Of a stretch of 50,437 bases of DNA, positions 27,893-37,704 are shown piece by piece. How positions within the stretch are numbered: position 1 is the first letter of the stretch; each line of letters opens with the position of its first letter. The notes under the pieces are model-generated. The model saw nothing but the letters and a program-made list of their open reading frames with translations, had not been told where the DNA came from and searched no databases. The translations under genes and the position numbers were made by a program. Origin of the DNA: a virus (Duplodnaviria; Caudoviricetes); the IMG/VR virus record IMGVR_UViG_3300032112_000026, positions 1 to 50,437 of that record; one strand, given 5' to 3'.

Positions 27893-28171
27893 ATGAAGGA
27901 TAAAGAAATAGGAAAAATTTATGAAATAAGTTTTTTTTATGAGAGAACTTATATAGGGATATATTTTTGTTGGATACTTATGAATGGAAAGAAAAGCAGT
28001 CTAAGAGTATTATTATTAAATAAAATTCAACCAGATAAAGAAGATATTGAATTTGCTATCAAATGCTTCAATTATGGAAAAGAAGATTATTCAAAAGAAC
28101 CTAAACTTCCTGAGATTGAGGACTTTAAAAGAATTTTAGAGGAAATGGAAAGAAAAATAATTCAAGGATAG
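27893..28171 (+). CDS. Hypothetical protein
   Basis: 92-aa ORF in the operon. Confidence 0.45.
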   Translation: MKDKEIGKIYEISFFYERTYIGIYFCWILMNGKKSSLRVLLLNKIQPDKEDIEFAIKCFNYGKEDYSKEPKLPEIEDFKRILEEMERKIIQG

Positions 28172-28230
28172 ATGACAATAACTTTCTTGAACTAGTTTCT
28201 AATTCATTACTTAAATAGAGGATATTAAAG

Positions 28231-28443
28231 ATGAAGATATATTTACATCCAGAGTTAAGAGAAATTCTAAAAGTTTATTTTTTAACTGGAAAAGAAATAG
28301 CAGATAAGATAGGGATAACAAGGGATTATTTTTATACTCTTTGTAAAGGAGTAAGACCTATTGGAGTTAAATCTGCTAAGAAATTATGGGAGATTTTAGA
28401 AAAAAAGGGGATAGGGAAAGAAGATATTTTTAAGCTTTACTAA
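28231..28443 (+). CDS. XRE/Cro-like HTH protein (paralog 1)
   Basis: TGKEIADKIGITRDYFYTLCKG.RPIG; clearly similar to 31871-32083. Confidence 0.8.
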   Translation: MKIYLHPELREILKVYFLTGKEIADKIGITRDYFYTLCKGVRPIGVKSAKKLWEILEKKGIGKEDIFKLY

Positions 28444-28454
28444 AAATAACTTAT

Positions 28455-29798
28455 ATGATTAAGCAATGGATAAATAAAATCTGGCAAGGGAATAGTTTAG
28501 ATATTCTTAGGCAGATACCGGATAATTTTGTAGATACTATAATAACAAGTCCACCATATTGAGGATTAAGGAATTATGGAGTGGAGGCAAATACTATTTG
28601 GGGAGGAGAAGGAGATTGTGAACATCAATGGATAGATATATCTTATAAAAGGAGAAGTAGTGATACTCCTTCAAGAATAAATAGGTGGAATAAAGAAGTA
28701 TTTGAGAAATTAAGGAGAGATATACCTATAACAAATACTTTTTGTCAAAGATGTGGGGCATGGTATGGGCAGTTAGGATGTGAACCGAGTTTAGATTTAT
28801 ATTTAGTTCATCTTTGGCAAATTACTGATGAATTACACCGTATACTTAAACCAACAGGAACATTATGGTGGAATCATGGCGATAGTTATAATGATAATAA
28901 ATGTATGTTTATGCAAAACTATCGTTTTATTTTAGGATTAATAGATAATAATTATAGGATTTTAGTAGAATGGCGTGCTATAAGAAAGCCAGAAGGGCAA
29001 TTAGAATGGATGTTAAGACATCCAAGAATACAAGTTATTTTAAGAAATAGTGTAATATGGCATAAAAGTAATGGAGTTCCATCAAGTGTAAAAGATAGAC
29101 TTGCAAATAAGCATGAACCAATATTTTTATTAGTAAAAAGTCCTAAATATTACTTTAATCTTGATGCTATTCGTGTATCTCAAGAACAATCTACATTAAA
29201 GAGATTACAATATCGTGTTCAAGAATTTTGGACAGATGAAAGAAAAACAATTTTTACCAAAAGTCCTAAATTTAATTATCGGGTAAGAGATGTAATAAAA
29301 AAAGGAGAACAATGTCCACAATATAAATTAACAGAAATAGAAAGAATTGCTTTAAAGAATGGTTACAATCCAGAGGGAATATGTCCTATTTGTAATAGAA
29401 CTTGGAAAAGACATGTAAGTCCTAATGCTAAAGATAGAAAAGAAGGTTTAAAAAGAGAGTTTATACCTTGTGTTATAAATTATACCCATAGTCATAGTAG
29501 AAAAATTGAGATTACTAAAGGAACAAATCCTGGAGATGTCTTTAAACTTGCTACACAAGCTTTAAAAGAAAAACATTTTGCATCATATCCAGAAAAGCTT
29601 ATTAAACCTTTTATTTTAGCTGGTTGCCCTGAAAATGGTATAGTGCTTGACCCCTTTATGGGCTCGGGCACTACTGGAGTTGTAGCCAAAAAACTTAATA
29701 GAAATTATATTGGTATAGAAATTAACCCAGATTATATCGAAATTGCTAATAAAAGAATTACAAATACTTCAGTTCAAATTGAGTTAAATTTAGTATAA
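28455..29798 (+). pseudogene. Beta-class N4-C/N6-A DNA methyltransferase with an in-frame TGA at 28560-28562
   Basis: MIKQWINKIWQGNSLDIL...DTIITSPPY*GLRNYG continues in frame to HFASYPEKL...VLDPFMGSGTTG...YIGIEIN. The TGA replaces the usual Trp after SPPY. Confidence 0.85.
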
Positions 29799-29967
29799 AA
29801 AAGTTTATTTATAAATATTTAGTTTTTATATTAGAAAAAGTTATTAGAATAAAAATAAAGTCTCATAAATAATTAATTTCTTTAATTAATCTTTAGTTTA
29901 AAAACTTCAAATCTACAAAACTTCAAACCTTTTTAGAAATAAAAATATAAAAAATATTAAAAAATAC

Positions 29968-29996
29968 TTGACAAAATTTTTAAAATATGTTATAAT
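29968..29996 (+). promoter_or_regulatory. Consensus promoter
   Basis: TTGACA-N17-TATAAT with extended -10. Confidence 0.85.
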
Positions 29997-30047
29997 TTTA
30001 TTAACTTAATATAAGAAGTAACTTATTTATAAATAAAGGATAAAGAA

Positions 30048-31847
30048 ATGGAAAAGATTTCTTTTAAGTATGACCCTCGACAAATGACAAAAGAAGAGCT
30101 TACTCATACCTATGTTGGAAGAAATGATTTCTTTTCTAATCTTCTCACAGATCTAAGAGGGGGAATTTTAGATGGGCGACATCTCATTTTAACAGGTTCT
30201 CCAGGTATTGGCAAGACACATACCCTCTTAATGATTTACTTTGCCAGTAAGGCAGATATAGCAATTTCTATGTTTTGGATTCCTATTTGGTTTACCAATG
30301 AAGGAATTGAAATAAGAGATTTGAGAACCTTTTTTCTAAAAATATTAGAAGAACTTTATAAAGAAAATCGAGATCCTCTCCTCTTTGAATTTATAACAAA
30401 CATTAAATTAAAAGATGATTACCTCTATCTTTATAATTTTTTAAAAAATTATCTCAACCCTCCCGAAAAAATGCTAAGTATTTTAGATAATAAAGGGATT
30501 TTACTTCTAATTGATAATATTGATTTCGTCTTCTCTAAATTATCAGATTCTGAAGTGGAAAAGTTAAGGGATCTTCTCGTAGAAGATCTTCTACTACATA
30601 AACCACATATTTGTATTTGGGGAGGAATGACTAATGAAAGAGATCAACTTCTTCACTCTCTTTATTATTTATTTGAAATATTTGAGATAAGGAAAATACC
30701 TGAACTTATAGAAGAAGAAATAAAACATCTCCTCTATCTTAGGATTGAACAAGATAAGAAAAATAAAAAAGAAGATGAAGATTTAATGAAAGTTCCTGGT
30801 TACCTATTTGCATCTCTAGCTATAGCTTTTTATCGGTTTATTAGTGGCAATCCAAAATCCTTACTTACTCTATATCAACTTTGTTCTTTGATAGAATTGA
30901 AAGACTCTTTATTCTATCTAAATTATATCCTTGATAATTATTCCCAATATTTCTTAGATAAAATGAAAACTCTTACTGATTGGGATAAGAGAATAATAGA
31001 TACTCTAGCTAAATCAAATCTACCTATTACCTTGACAAAAATAGCACAAAGGACTGGAATAAGAGAGGAGATTATCATTCTACATATCTATCATCTAATA
31101 GATAAGGGATATTTAACCTCTATAGAGTTTAGCCATCCTCAAAATATAACCTATTATGAATTAAGTAATCGAATATTCCGTATTTGGTATCAGATGAGAA
31201 TAGGTGGAAGATATAAACGAAGAATTCAATCTCTAATTACTTTCCTTATAGATTGGTGTAATGAAGAAATGATAGAAAAACAAATTGATATAATAATAAG
31301 ATCAAATCCTTCAATGATTAAAACTATAAATTATAAAGCAATCCATCGTTATAAGCAAGAAATTGAAGGAATTCCTAATCAATATGAAGAATGGTATAAT
31401 ATAGGAAGTATTTATTATTATAGAGGAGATGAGTATGATTTAGCGATTGAATGTTATAAAAAGGCAGTTGAAATAAAACCTGATTATTATAAAGCATGGG
31501 AAGGAATAGGTAATGCTTATTATAGCAAGGGTGAGTATACTGAAGCAACTAAATCTTATCAAAAATATATTGAAACCAGATTATTAGATATAAATCAAGA
31601 AGATATGAAAGGATTTAGAGGAATATTAGTATGTATATTTAGAAGGCTAATTAAAGCTAAACAAGATGAAAATGCAGATAAATTATTTCAATTTTGTGAA
31701 AGACATGCACCAAAAAGTTTACTTAATATTCTCTATCCTCTTAAAATAGCTATTAAATATCTTGTTAATGGTAATAAAAGTATAATTGAGCGTCAACCAA
31801 TAGAATTTAGAAAAATTATTGAAGATATATTGAAAATTAGAAACTAA
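30048..31847 (+). CDS. STAND-like P-loop ATPase plus winged HTH plus TPR
   Basis: YVGR, Walker A GSPGIGKT, Walker B LLLIDNID, SGNP (GxP), wHTH (TLTKIAQRTG...L.DKGYL) and TPR (WYNIG...AIECYKKAVEIKPDY). Confidence 0.85.
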   Translation: MEKISFKYDPRQMTKEELTHTYVGRNDFFSNLLTDLRGGILDGRHLILTGSPGIGKTHTLLMIYFASKADIAISMFWIPIWFTNEGIEIRDLRTFFLKILEELYKENRDPLLFEFITNIKLKDDYLYLYNFLKNYLNPPEKMLSILDNKGILLLIDNIDFVFSKLSDSEVEKLRDLLVEDLLLHKPHICIWGGMTNERDQLLHSLYYLFEIFEIRKIPELIEEEIKHLLYLRIEQDKKNKKEDEDLMKVPGYLFASLAIAFYRFISGNPKSLLTLYQLCSLIELKDSLFYLNYILDNYSQYFLDKMKTLTDWDKRIIDTLAKSNLPITLTKIAQRTGIREEIIILHIYHLIDKGYLTSIEFSHPQNITYYELSNRIFRIWYQMRIGGRYKRRIQSLITFLIDWCNEEMIEKQIDIIIRSNPSMIKTINYKAIHRYKQEIEGIPNQYEEWYNIGSIYYYRGDEYDLAIECYKKAVEIKPDYYKAWEGIGNAYYSKGEYTEATKSYQKYIETRLLDINQEDMKGFRGILVCIFRRLIKAKQDENADKLFQFCERHAPKSLLNILYPLKIAIKYLVNGNKSIIERQPIEFRKIIEDILKIRN

Positions 31848-31870
31848 TTTTATTATGAAGGTATTATAAA

Positions 31871-32083
31871 GTGAAAATATATTTACAACCAAAGATTAAA
31901 GAAATTTTAAAAATTCATTTTTTAACTAGTAGAAAAATAGCAAAAGAAATAGGAATAACAGAACACTATTTTTCTACTCTCTCTAATGGACTAAAACCTA
32001 TTGGAGCTAAATCTGCTGATAAATTATGGAAAATTTTAGAGGAAAAAGGAGTAAAAAAAGAAGATATTTTTATATTCAATTAA
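31871..32083 (+). CDS. XRE/Cro-like HTH protein (paralog 2)
   Basis: Paralog of 28231-28443. Confidence 0.8.
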   Translation: MKIYLQPKIKEILKIHFLTSRKIAKEIGITEHYFSTLSNGLKPIGAKSADKLWKILEEKGVKKEDIFIFN

Positions 32084-32163
32084 AATTAGATCTGTAAGAA
32101 AGATATTATGAAAACTTACAAAAAGGATATATAAATAGCAGAGAAAATTATAGCCTATCTAAC

Positions 32164-32232
32164 AATGAAACATTCATGCCGATAAATCGGCACAAAAGAG
32201 GATGAAAATCGAAGGAGATTTTCAGGTGAAAA
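32164..32232 (+). repeat. 69-bp dispersed repeat, copy B, with palindrome TGCCGAT-AA-ATCGGCA
   Basis: 60/69 identical to 8092-8160. Confidence 0.9.
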
Positions 32233-32498
32233 ATAGAAAGATTGAATTAAAACCAAAGGTTATAAAAAGTTTAATAGAAACTTCAGGATTTGAGAAAGAA
32301 GAAATTGCTCAAAAAACTAAAATCTCTCTAAAATCTTTAGAAGAAGGTAAGATTACTATTCCCCAAATAAAGAAACTTGCAAGAGTTTTAAAAAGACCTC
32401 TTGTTGCTTTCTTCTCAGATGAAATTCCACCTTTAATGGAAATTCATCTTTTTCAATCTCGAGCTATATTATCCGAAGAAGAACCATCGAGAAAATAA
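32226..32498 (+). CDS. XRE HTH, probably the truncated N-terminus of an XRE-ImmA/IrrE protein
   Basis: EEIAQKT......LEEG..T..QIKKLARVLKRPLVAFF..E.P; no HEXXH domain follows. Confidence 0.6.
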   Translation: MKNRKIELKPKVIKSLIETSGFEKEEIAQKTKISLKSLEEGKITIPQIKKLARVLKRPLVAFFSDEIPPLMEIHLFQSRAILSEEEPSRK

Positions 32499-32565
32499 TT
32501 ATATTTTAAAATCATTTTTTGTCAAGTAGTGCTTGACAAAAATCTTAAAAAAATAAAAATTTTTC

Positions 32566-32594
32566 TTGACAAATTTTTAAAAATATGTTATCTT
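32566..32594 (+). promoter_or_regulatory. Promoter
   Basis: TTGACA-N17-TATCTT with extended TG; same spacer family as 27611, 29968 and 42401. Confidence 0.7.
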
Positions 32595-32607
32595 ATACTT
32601 ACCACCA

Positions 32608-32907
32608 ATGAAAAGACAACAAATAGGTTGGAAATTCAATAGTGAAGGATTACGACATCATCGTAAAATCAGAAATTTATCTCTCCAAAAAGTAGCCAAT
32701 ATGCTCCAGGAGAGATATAAAATTAAGATTACGAGACAAGCCTTATGCAATATTGAAAATAATAAAACTATCTATCCTTGTATTCCTGTTCTTTTAGGCT
32801 TGTCTAAAATATTCAATGAAAATTACTTACAAACGAATTCATCTGAATTTGCTTGGTTTATTGAAAATAAAAGAAAGGATGTAAAAAATGAGAAAGAAAT
32901 ATCTTAG
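32608..32907 (+). CDS. XRE-family HTH regulator
   Basis: LRHHRKIRNLSLQKVA......ITRQALCNIENNK. Confidence 0.85.
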   Translation: MKRQQIGWKFNSEGLRHHRKIRNLSLQKVANMLQERYKIKITRQALCNIENNKTIYPCIPVLLGLSKIFNENYLQTNSSEFAWFIENKRKDVKNEKEIS

Positions 32908-33151
32908 ATTATTACAAGAATTAGGTTATAGATTTACTTCTCAAAAACTAAAAGCGATGAGAGAAGCAAGAAAAGAAGATGTAAAAAAATTTTTACTTGC
33001 TTTTCGTAAAACAACAGGGTTTGTTATTCCAAAGCAAATTTATATTAATTTAGAAAATGGTGAATGTTACCCAAGTATAGAAACTTTATTTAAATTAATG
33101 AATTTCTATTATACAGATTTTAATTTTTGGTTTGAGAAAAAAGATAAATAA
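32888..33151 (+). CDS. XRE-like HTH regulator
   Basis: LKAMREAR...YINLENGECYPSIETLFKL. Confidence 0.75.
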   Translation: MRKKYLRLLQELGYRFTSQKLKAMREARKEDVKKFLLAFRKTTGFVIPKQIYINLENGECYPSIETLFKLMNFYYTDFNFWFEKKDK

Positions 33152-33274
33152 AGATATATTACAGCAAAATAAATCAATTTTAAAAGATAATAAATGAGGA
33201 ATGGAATTAAAATGAATATAATCTTTAAACAATTAAAGAAAAATGAAATTATATTATATAATGAATTTAAAAAG

Positions 33275-33313
33275 ATACCGATAGGTTGAAATGATAACCT
33301 TATCGGTATTTTT
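33275..33313 (+). terminator. Intrinsic terminator
   Basis: ATACCGATAGGTT...AACC(T)TATCGGTAT followed by a T-run. Confidence 0.75.
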
Positions 33314-33659
33314 GTTTTTAATTGAAAATATAAATGGTTTTTTCAAAATTTAACTTTTATTCTCAAAGTTAATAAGAAATAATCTAATAAATCTAAAAAA
33401 GAAGATAAAAAATGAAGACTATCAATATTACTATTAAATTAACCCCCGATATGTTGAATGGAAATTCATTTTTTTCGATTTCAAATTATATAAGTTTATT
33501 TACTATTAAGCAATGCTTAACAAAATATAAAGAAGGTAATAAAAAATGGTAACAGAAGTATATTATGATAATAGTAAATAAAAAGAAGAAAAAAATAAAT
33601 TATTTCTATAAATCCTAAACTATTAAATTTTTAGTAGGTAGAGAAAAAAAGAGGAAAAA

Positions 33660-34091
33660 ATGAAACTAATAGAAAAAATAGAAAAACAAATTAAACAAGG
33701 AAAAAAAGAATATATTATTACATGCACTAATGATGCAATAGAAGTATATGTAATAGAAGCATATATGTATGAAAATAAATTAAATAGATATGCAAATGGG
33801 AAAAAATATACAAAGGGAATAGGAACGAAATACTCTATTTATTTTCTTCCTAATAAAAGATATGCTAAAACAAATATTTGGATGCAAAACTTTAATTGGG
33901 TAAGTAGAGGACATGGAATAAATGATGGATGGATAGAAGCTGAAGGACATATTCTTCAATCAATTGCAAAGCAAAAAGTTAAGAATTGGATAAAAGAATT
34001 ACAAGAATTAGAAGATGATGAGTTGGAACTCATTGAATTATTCAATGAGATTAAAGAAATAATTTGTGAATCTTGTAAATCTTATGACTAA
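33660..34091 (+). CDS. Hypothetical protein
   Basis: 143-aa ORF with RBS GAGG. Confidence 0.6.
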   Translation: MKLIEKIEKQIKQGKKEYIITCTNDAIEVYVIEAYMYENKLNRYANGKKYTKGIGTKYSIYFLPNKRYAKTNIWMQNFNWVSRGHGINDGWIEAEGHILQSIAKQKVKNWIKELQELEDDELELIELFNEIKEIICESCKSYD

Positions 34092-34114
34092 AAGAATAAA
34101 AAGGAAAGAAAATA

Positions 34115-34489
34115 ATGAATATAACAATTAGGGACTTTACTATATTAGATAGTAAACAATTAAAAGAGATAATTACTCATTATTTAACAACTTCTTGTTT
34201 TATTCCTTCTACTCGTCAATTAACTCAAGAAGAATTAGATATCTTGTATTCTTATTCTGATGAGTTAGATAGATGGGGAAATTTTTTTAGGATAATAGAA
34301 GAAATATTGCAAGAGCGAAGAAAAATTTTAAGAAATTGCCCCAATCCAATGACTATAGGAATAAATGGGTTACCTTCAAGCAATGAAGATGTAAGGTATT
34401 TCATAAAAAATGGAGGATTAGCACAAGTTATTCTTAATGGACTTGAAAATTCAGAAAGTAATTATTATAAAGGATGGTGGAAAGAATAA
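34115..34489 (+). CDS. Hypothetical protein
   Basis: 124-aa ORF. Confidence 0.55.
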   Translation: MNITIRDFTILDSKQLKEIITHYLTTSCFIPSTRQLTQEELDILYSYSDELDRWGNFFRIIEEILQERRKILRNCPNPMTIGINGLPSSNEDVRYFIKNGGLAQVILNGLENSESNYYKGWWKE

Positions 34490-34614
34490 ATAGTAAATTT
34501 ATATCTATAATATAAATAAAATATAAATATATTTGAGATATTAAAAATAGATAAAAAAATTAAGAAATTTAAAATAAAAAGTTAGAAAAAAAGAAAAATA
34601 AAATTACTTTTAAT

Positions 34615-34711
34615 ATAGCAAAAAGCTGGCAAATTGATAGCAAAAAGCTGGCAAATTGATAGCAAAAAGCTGGCAAATTGATAGCAAAAAGCTGGCAAAT
34701 TGATAGCAAAA
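34615..34711 (+). repeat. Iteron array: four perfect tandem 22-mers ATAGCAAAAAGCTGGCAAATTG plus a partial copy
   Basis: Units at 34615, 34637, 34659 and 34681, preceded by a ~120-bp very AT-rich tract, upstream of the initiator gene. Confidence 0.9.
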
Positions 34712-34773
34712 TCTTAGCAAAAAGTTAGTAAAAAGATAAAAATGAAAAAGTCAAAAACTGAGGAGTAAAAGAA

Positions 34774-35724
34774 GTGAAAAGTTATAAAGAAGATAGTCGA
34801 CCGAGCTTTCAGTTCTACCCAGATGATTGGCTAAGTGAAGCAGGTTTATCTTTATGTTCTTTAGCTGCACAAGGATTATGGATAAAAATGTTATGTTTTA
34901 TGTGGAAATCTATTCCAAGAGGATATTTAATGGTAAATGGTAAGCAAATGAATAGCAAAGATTTAGCAAAATTATGTGGGGAAGAAGAAAAATATATTAA
35001 TGAATTATTATTAGAGCTTGAAAATAACCAAATATTCTCAAAAGATGAAAATGGTATTATTTATAGCCGAAGAATGCAACGAGAAGAAAAAATAAGAAAA
35101 ATAAGAGTTATATCTGGACGACAAGGAGGTTTTACAAAAGCAAGAAAATATCAAAAAAATAAAGATATAGCAAAAAGCTGGCAAATTGATAGCAAAACTA
35201 ATAGCAAAAGCTTAGCAAAAAATATAGCAAAAAGCTGGCAAGTTGCTGGAGAAGAAGAAGAAGAAGAAGAAGGAGTAGAAGTAGAAGAAGAAATAGAAGT
35301 AGAAAAAGAAATAGAAGTAGAAATAGAAAGTAATATAGCTAGAAATAATATAGCTAATTCTAAATTAAAAAAGAAAGAAAAAGAAAAAAAAGAAAATTGG
35401 TTTGAAAAAATTTGGGTTTTATATCCAAATAAGGTAGGGAAAAAAGAAGCTTTAAGACATTTTAAAACTTCTATAAAAACAGAAGAAGATTATAAAAATA
35501 TTAATATTGCCCTTATTAATTATCTTAAAAGTGAACGGGTAGTAAAAGGATTTGTTCAAAATGGTTCAACTTGGTTTAATAATTGGCAAGATTGGATAAA
35601 TCCTACTAAACAACAATTAGGAATAAAAGAACAAGAAAAAGATAATAATTATTTTACAAAAGGTTTTACTCAAATAGAGGAGGGAATAAAAGATGACTAT
35701 TTTACAAGAGGTTTTGAAGGATAA
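34774..35724 (+). CDS. Phage replication initiator (lambda O / replisome-organiser-like)
   Basis: RPSFQFYPDDWL......CSLAAQGLWIKMLC.MW N-domain; internal iterons; FEKIW.LYP.KVGKKEA C-domain. Confidence 0.85.
   Translation: MKSYKEDSRPSFQFYPDDWLSEAGLSLCSLAAQGLWIKMLCFMWKSIPRGYLMVNGKQMNSKDLAKLCGEEEKYINELLLELENNQIFSKDENGIIYSRRMQREEKIRKIRVISGRQGGFTKARKYQKNKDIAKSWQIDSKTNSKSLAKNIAKSWQVAGEEEEEEEGVEVEEEIEVEKEIEVEIESNIARNNIANSKLKKKEKEKKENWFEKIWVLYPNKVGKKEALRHFKTSIKTEEDYKNINIALINYLKSERVVKGFVQNGSTWFNNWQDWINPTKQQLGIKEQEKDNNYFTKGFTQIEEGIKDDYFTRGFEG
35167..35245 (+). repeat. Intragenic iterons (likely origin)
   Basis: Exact 22-mer at 35167-35188, a 1-mismatch copy at 35224-35245, and TAGCAAAA half-sites between them. 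Confidence 0.8.
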
Positions 35725-36469
35725 TAATATCTTTAAAGAAAAATTATCTAATTGTAAATATTGTAATACAGAACCAGTATTAGAATCATTTAATATTCTA
35801 AATATTAAAAAATACCGATGGTCATATCCTTGTAGATGTTGGGAGAAAGAGCTACAAAGACAAGAAGAACAAAAAAAGAAAGAACAAAAGGAAATACAAT
35901 ATCTTAAAAATGGAGTGCCATTAAGGTTTAAAGATGTATGTTTTAAAAATACAATTATATCTGAAATTAATCAAGAAATTTATCAGAAATCTTTAGATTG
36001 GACGGAATTATTTTTAGAGAAACAGACTAATGGTAAAGGACTTTTCTTTTTTGGTCCTTTTGGAATAGGTAAAACACATTTAGTATTTTGTATTACACAT
36101 AAAATACATTTTGAATCAGATTATAATTATTTCTTTAATTTTTATTCTACTCCAACACTATTAGAAAAAACTCGATGTAGTTTTAATTTTGAAAATATTG
36201 TTAATCCAATAACTACTTTAATTGAGTGTAATCCTCAATTACTCATATTAGATGATTTAGGTAAAGAAAAATCTTCTGAGTGGGTTAAGGAACAATTATA
36301 TATTTTAATTAATCATAGATATGAAAATTTACTACCTATAATTTTTACAAGTAACTGTAATGAAAAAGACTTAAGTAAAAATTTAGGAGAAGCAATTATA
36401 AGTAGAATTTATGAAATGTGTGATATCTATACCTTTAAAGGTATAGATAGAAGAAAAATAAAACTATGA
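35693..36469 (+). CDS. DnaC/IstB-like AAA+ helicase loader
   Basis: CxxC...CxC; GPFGIGKTHL; LLILDDLGKE; IFTSN; SRIYEMC; G.DRR. Confidence 0.92.
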   Translation: MTILQEVLKDNNIFKEKLSNCKYCNTEPVLESFNILNIKKYRWSYPCRCWEKELQRQEEQKKKEQKEIQYLKNGVPLRFKDVCFKNTIISEINQEIYQKSLDWTELFLEKQTNGKGLFFFGPFGIGKTHLVFCITHKIHFESDYNYFFNFYSTPTLLEKTRCSFNFENIVNPITTLIECNPQLLILDDLGKEKSSEWVKEQLYILINHRYENLLPIIFTSNCNEKDLSKNLGEAIISRIYEMCDIYTFKGIDRRKIKL

Positions 36470-36537
36470 GTGTCTTAGTTTTCCCCTTATTTTAGAGAAA
36501 AGTTTTACCCAGTCTTTTCTCGCCTAAGACACTCATA
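36465..36537. other. Two-tier stem-loop
   Basis: Outer 14-bp stem TATGAGTGTCTTAG/CTAAGACACTCATA; inner GAGAAAAG/CTTTTCTC. Confidence 0.6.
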
Positions 36538-36561
36538 AAATAAATAAAAAGGAGGAAAAAA

Positions 36562-36819
36562 ATGAGGTTTTTTTTATATATTCAAATCCCAAAAACTAAA
36601 AAGATAGGAAATGGAAACTTATTTTTAAATCGAGATAATAAATTATCTACTTTTATTACAGATAAAAAAGAATATTTTGAGATTTTTAGAACAATAATAG
36701 AATTAGTAGGAGCAGATGGAATTATGTTATCTGGAATGGAAAAAACAGGAGAAATAACTTCTAATGGAATTGAGAAATACCGTTATCAGGAGTGGTGGTT
36801 AACAAAAGAGGAAAATTAA
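36562..36819 (+). CDS. Hypothetical protein
   Basis: RBS AAGGAGG; 85 aa. Confidence 0.65.
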   Translation: MRFFLYIQIPKTKKIGNGNLFLNRDNKLSTFITDKKEYFEIFRTIIELVGADGIMLSGMEKTGEITSNGIEKYRYQEWWLTKEEN

Positions 36820-36820
36820 A

Positions 36821-37342
36821 ATGGATATTTTAGAAAAAATACAAGAAAAAGATTTAAATTTTGAAGATAAACTCTGGAAGGTAGTAGATAAGTTAAGGAA
36901 GAAAATAGGTATTTATGAATATAAACAAGTTGTGTTAGAACTTATATTTTTAAGGTATCTTTCATTTGCTTCTAAAAGAGTTGAATATATAATAGATATT
37001 CCAGAGAATGCTGACTGGGACTATATTAAAAAGAATGCCAGTCAACCAAATATTGGAGAGATAATTGATAAAGCTATTAAAATTTTAGAAAATGAATTTA
37101 GAAAAATAAAGGATGTTGTTCCTAAAATCTGTTCAAAAGTAAATCTTAATTCTTATGACTTTACATATCTTATAAATCTTTTTTCTGAGATTGAATTTGA
37201 TGATGAATATTTTAAGAGATTTCTTGGAAAATTTACTGATGTATCACAACCTTTAACAAAACTTATTGAAGGGATTTTAGGTATTACTAAACTAAAAATA
37301 TTTAATCCTATCTGGGATTGTTTTAATGTTAGAAAGATATAG
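36821..37342 (+). CDS. Stand-alone type I R-M HsdM N-terminal domain (no catalytic domain)
   Basis: FEDKLWKVVDKLR.....EYK.VVL.LIFLRYLS, IPE.A.W and IGEIIDKA...LE.E; ends at a degenerate FLGKF...IFNP where the SAM-binding domain would begin. Confidence 0.8.
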   Translation: MDILEKIQEKDLNFEDKLWKVVDKLRKKIGIYEYKQVVLELIFLRYLSFASKRVEYIIDIPENADWDYIKKNASQPNIGEIIDKAIKILENEFRKIKDVVPKICSKVNLNSYDFTYLINLFSEIEFDDEYFKRFLGKFTDVSQPLTKLIEGILGITKLKIFNPIWDCFNVRKI

Positions 37343-37704
37343 AAATAAAATAAAATAGAGAGACTTAGATTTATTAGGAAAGTAATTAAAAATATTAAAG
37401 AAGCAGATTAAAAAAATGTTATTATTAGAAATAGTATTGATAATATTTTTGTTGGAATTGATAACTATTCCTTATTGGTTTAAATGTCCTTATTGTAGTA
37501 AACGAAGCAATATTTATTATATTGGTATGGGCACTTGGATATGGCGTTGCTGTTTCAAGGAGTGATAAAAATTAAATTCCTGGCAAAAGGAATTAGCGAA
37601 ATTTTGCGAGAAAAAAAGAAAAAGGTATTTTTCTATAGCTAAGAAAAAATAATAGCCTTAAATCGCAAATTTGGGGCTTGTATAAAAAAGGAGGTAAAAA
37701 AGTA

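Noticed and set aside
28560-28562. Genome-wide TGA recoding (Trp/Gly)
   Set aside because: Long genes (1602, 896, 588 aa) are open in the standard code and use TGG for Trp. I saw only one in-frame TGA in a conserved gene, and TGA serves as a stop in ATGA overlaps (4810, 39952).
34615-34711. 22-bp repeats as a CRISPR array
   Set aside because: Head-to-tail with no spacers; the same motif lies inside the initiator gene, so these are iterons.
35251-35330. Poly-Glu / GAAGTA-type repeat in the initiator as a separate element
   Set aside because: A low-complexity linker commonly seen in phage replication initiators.
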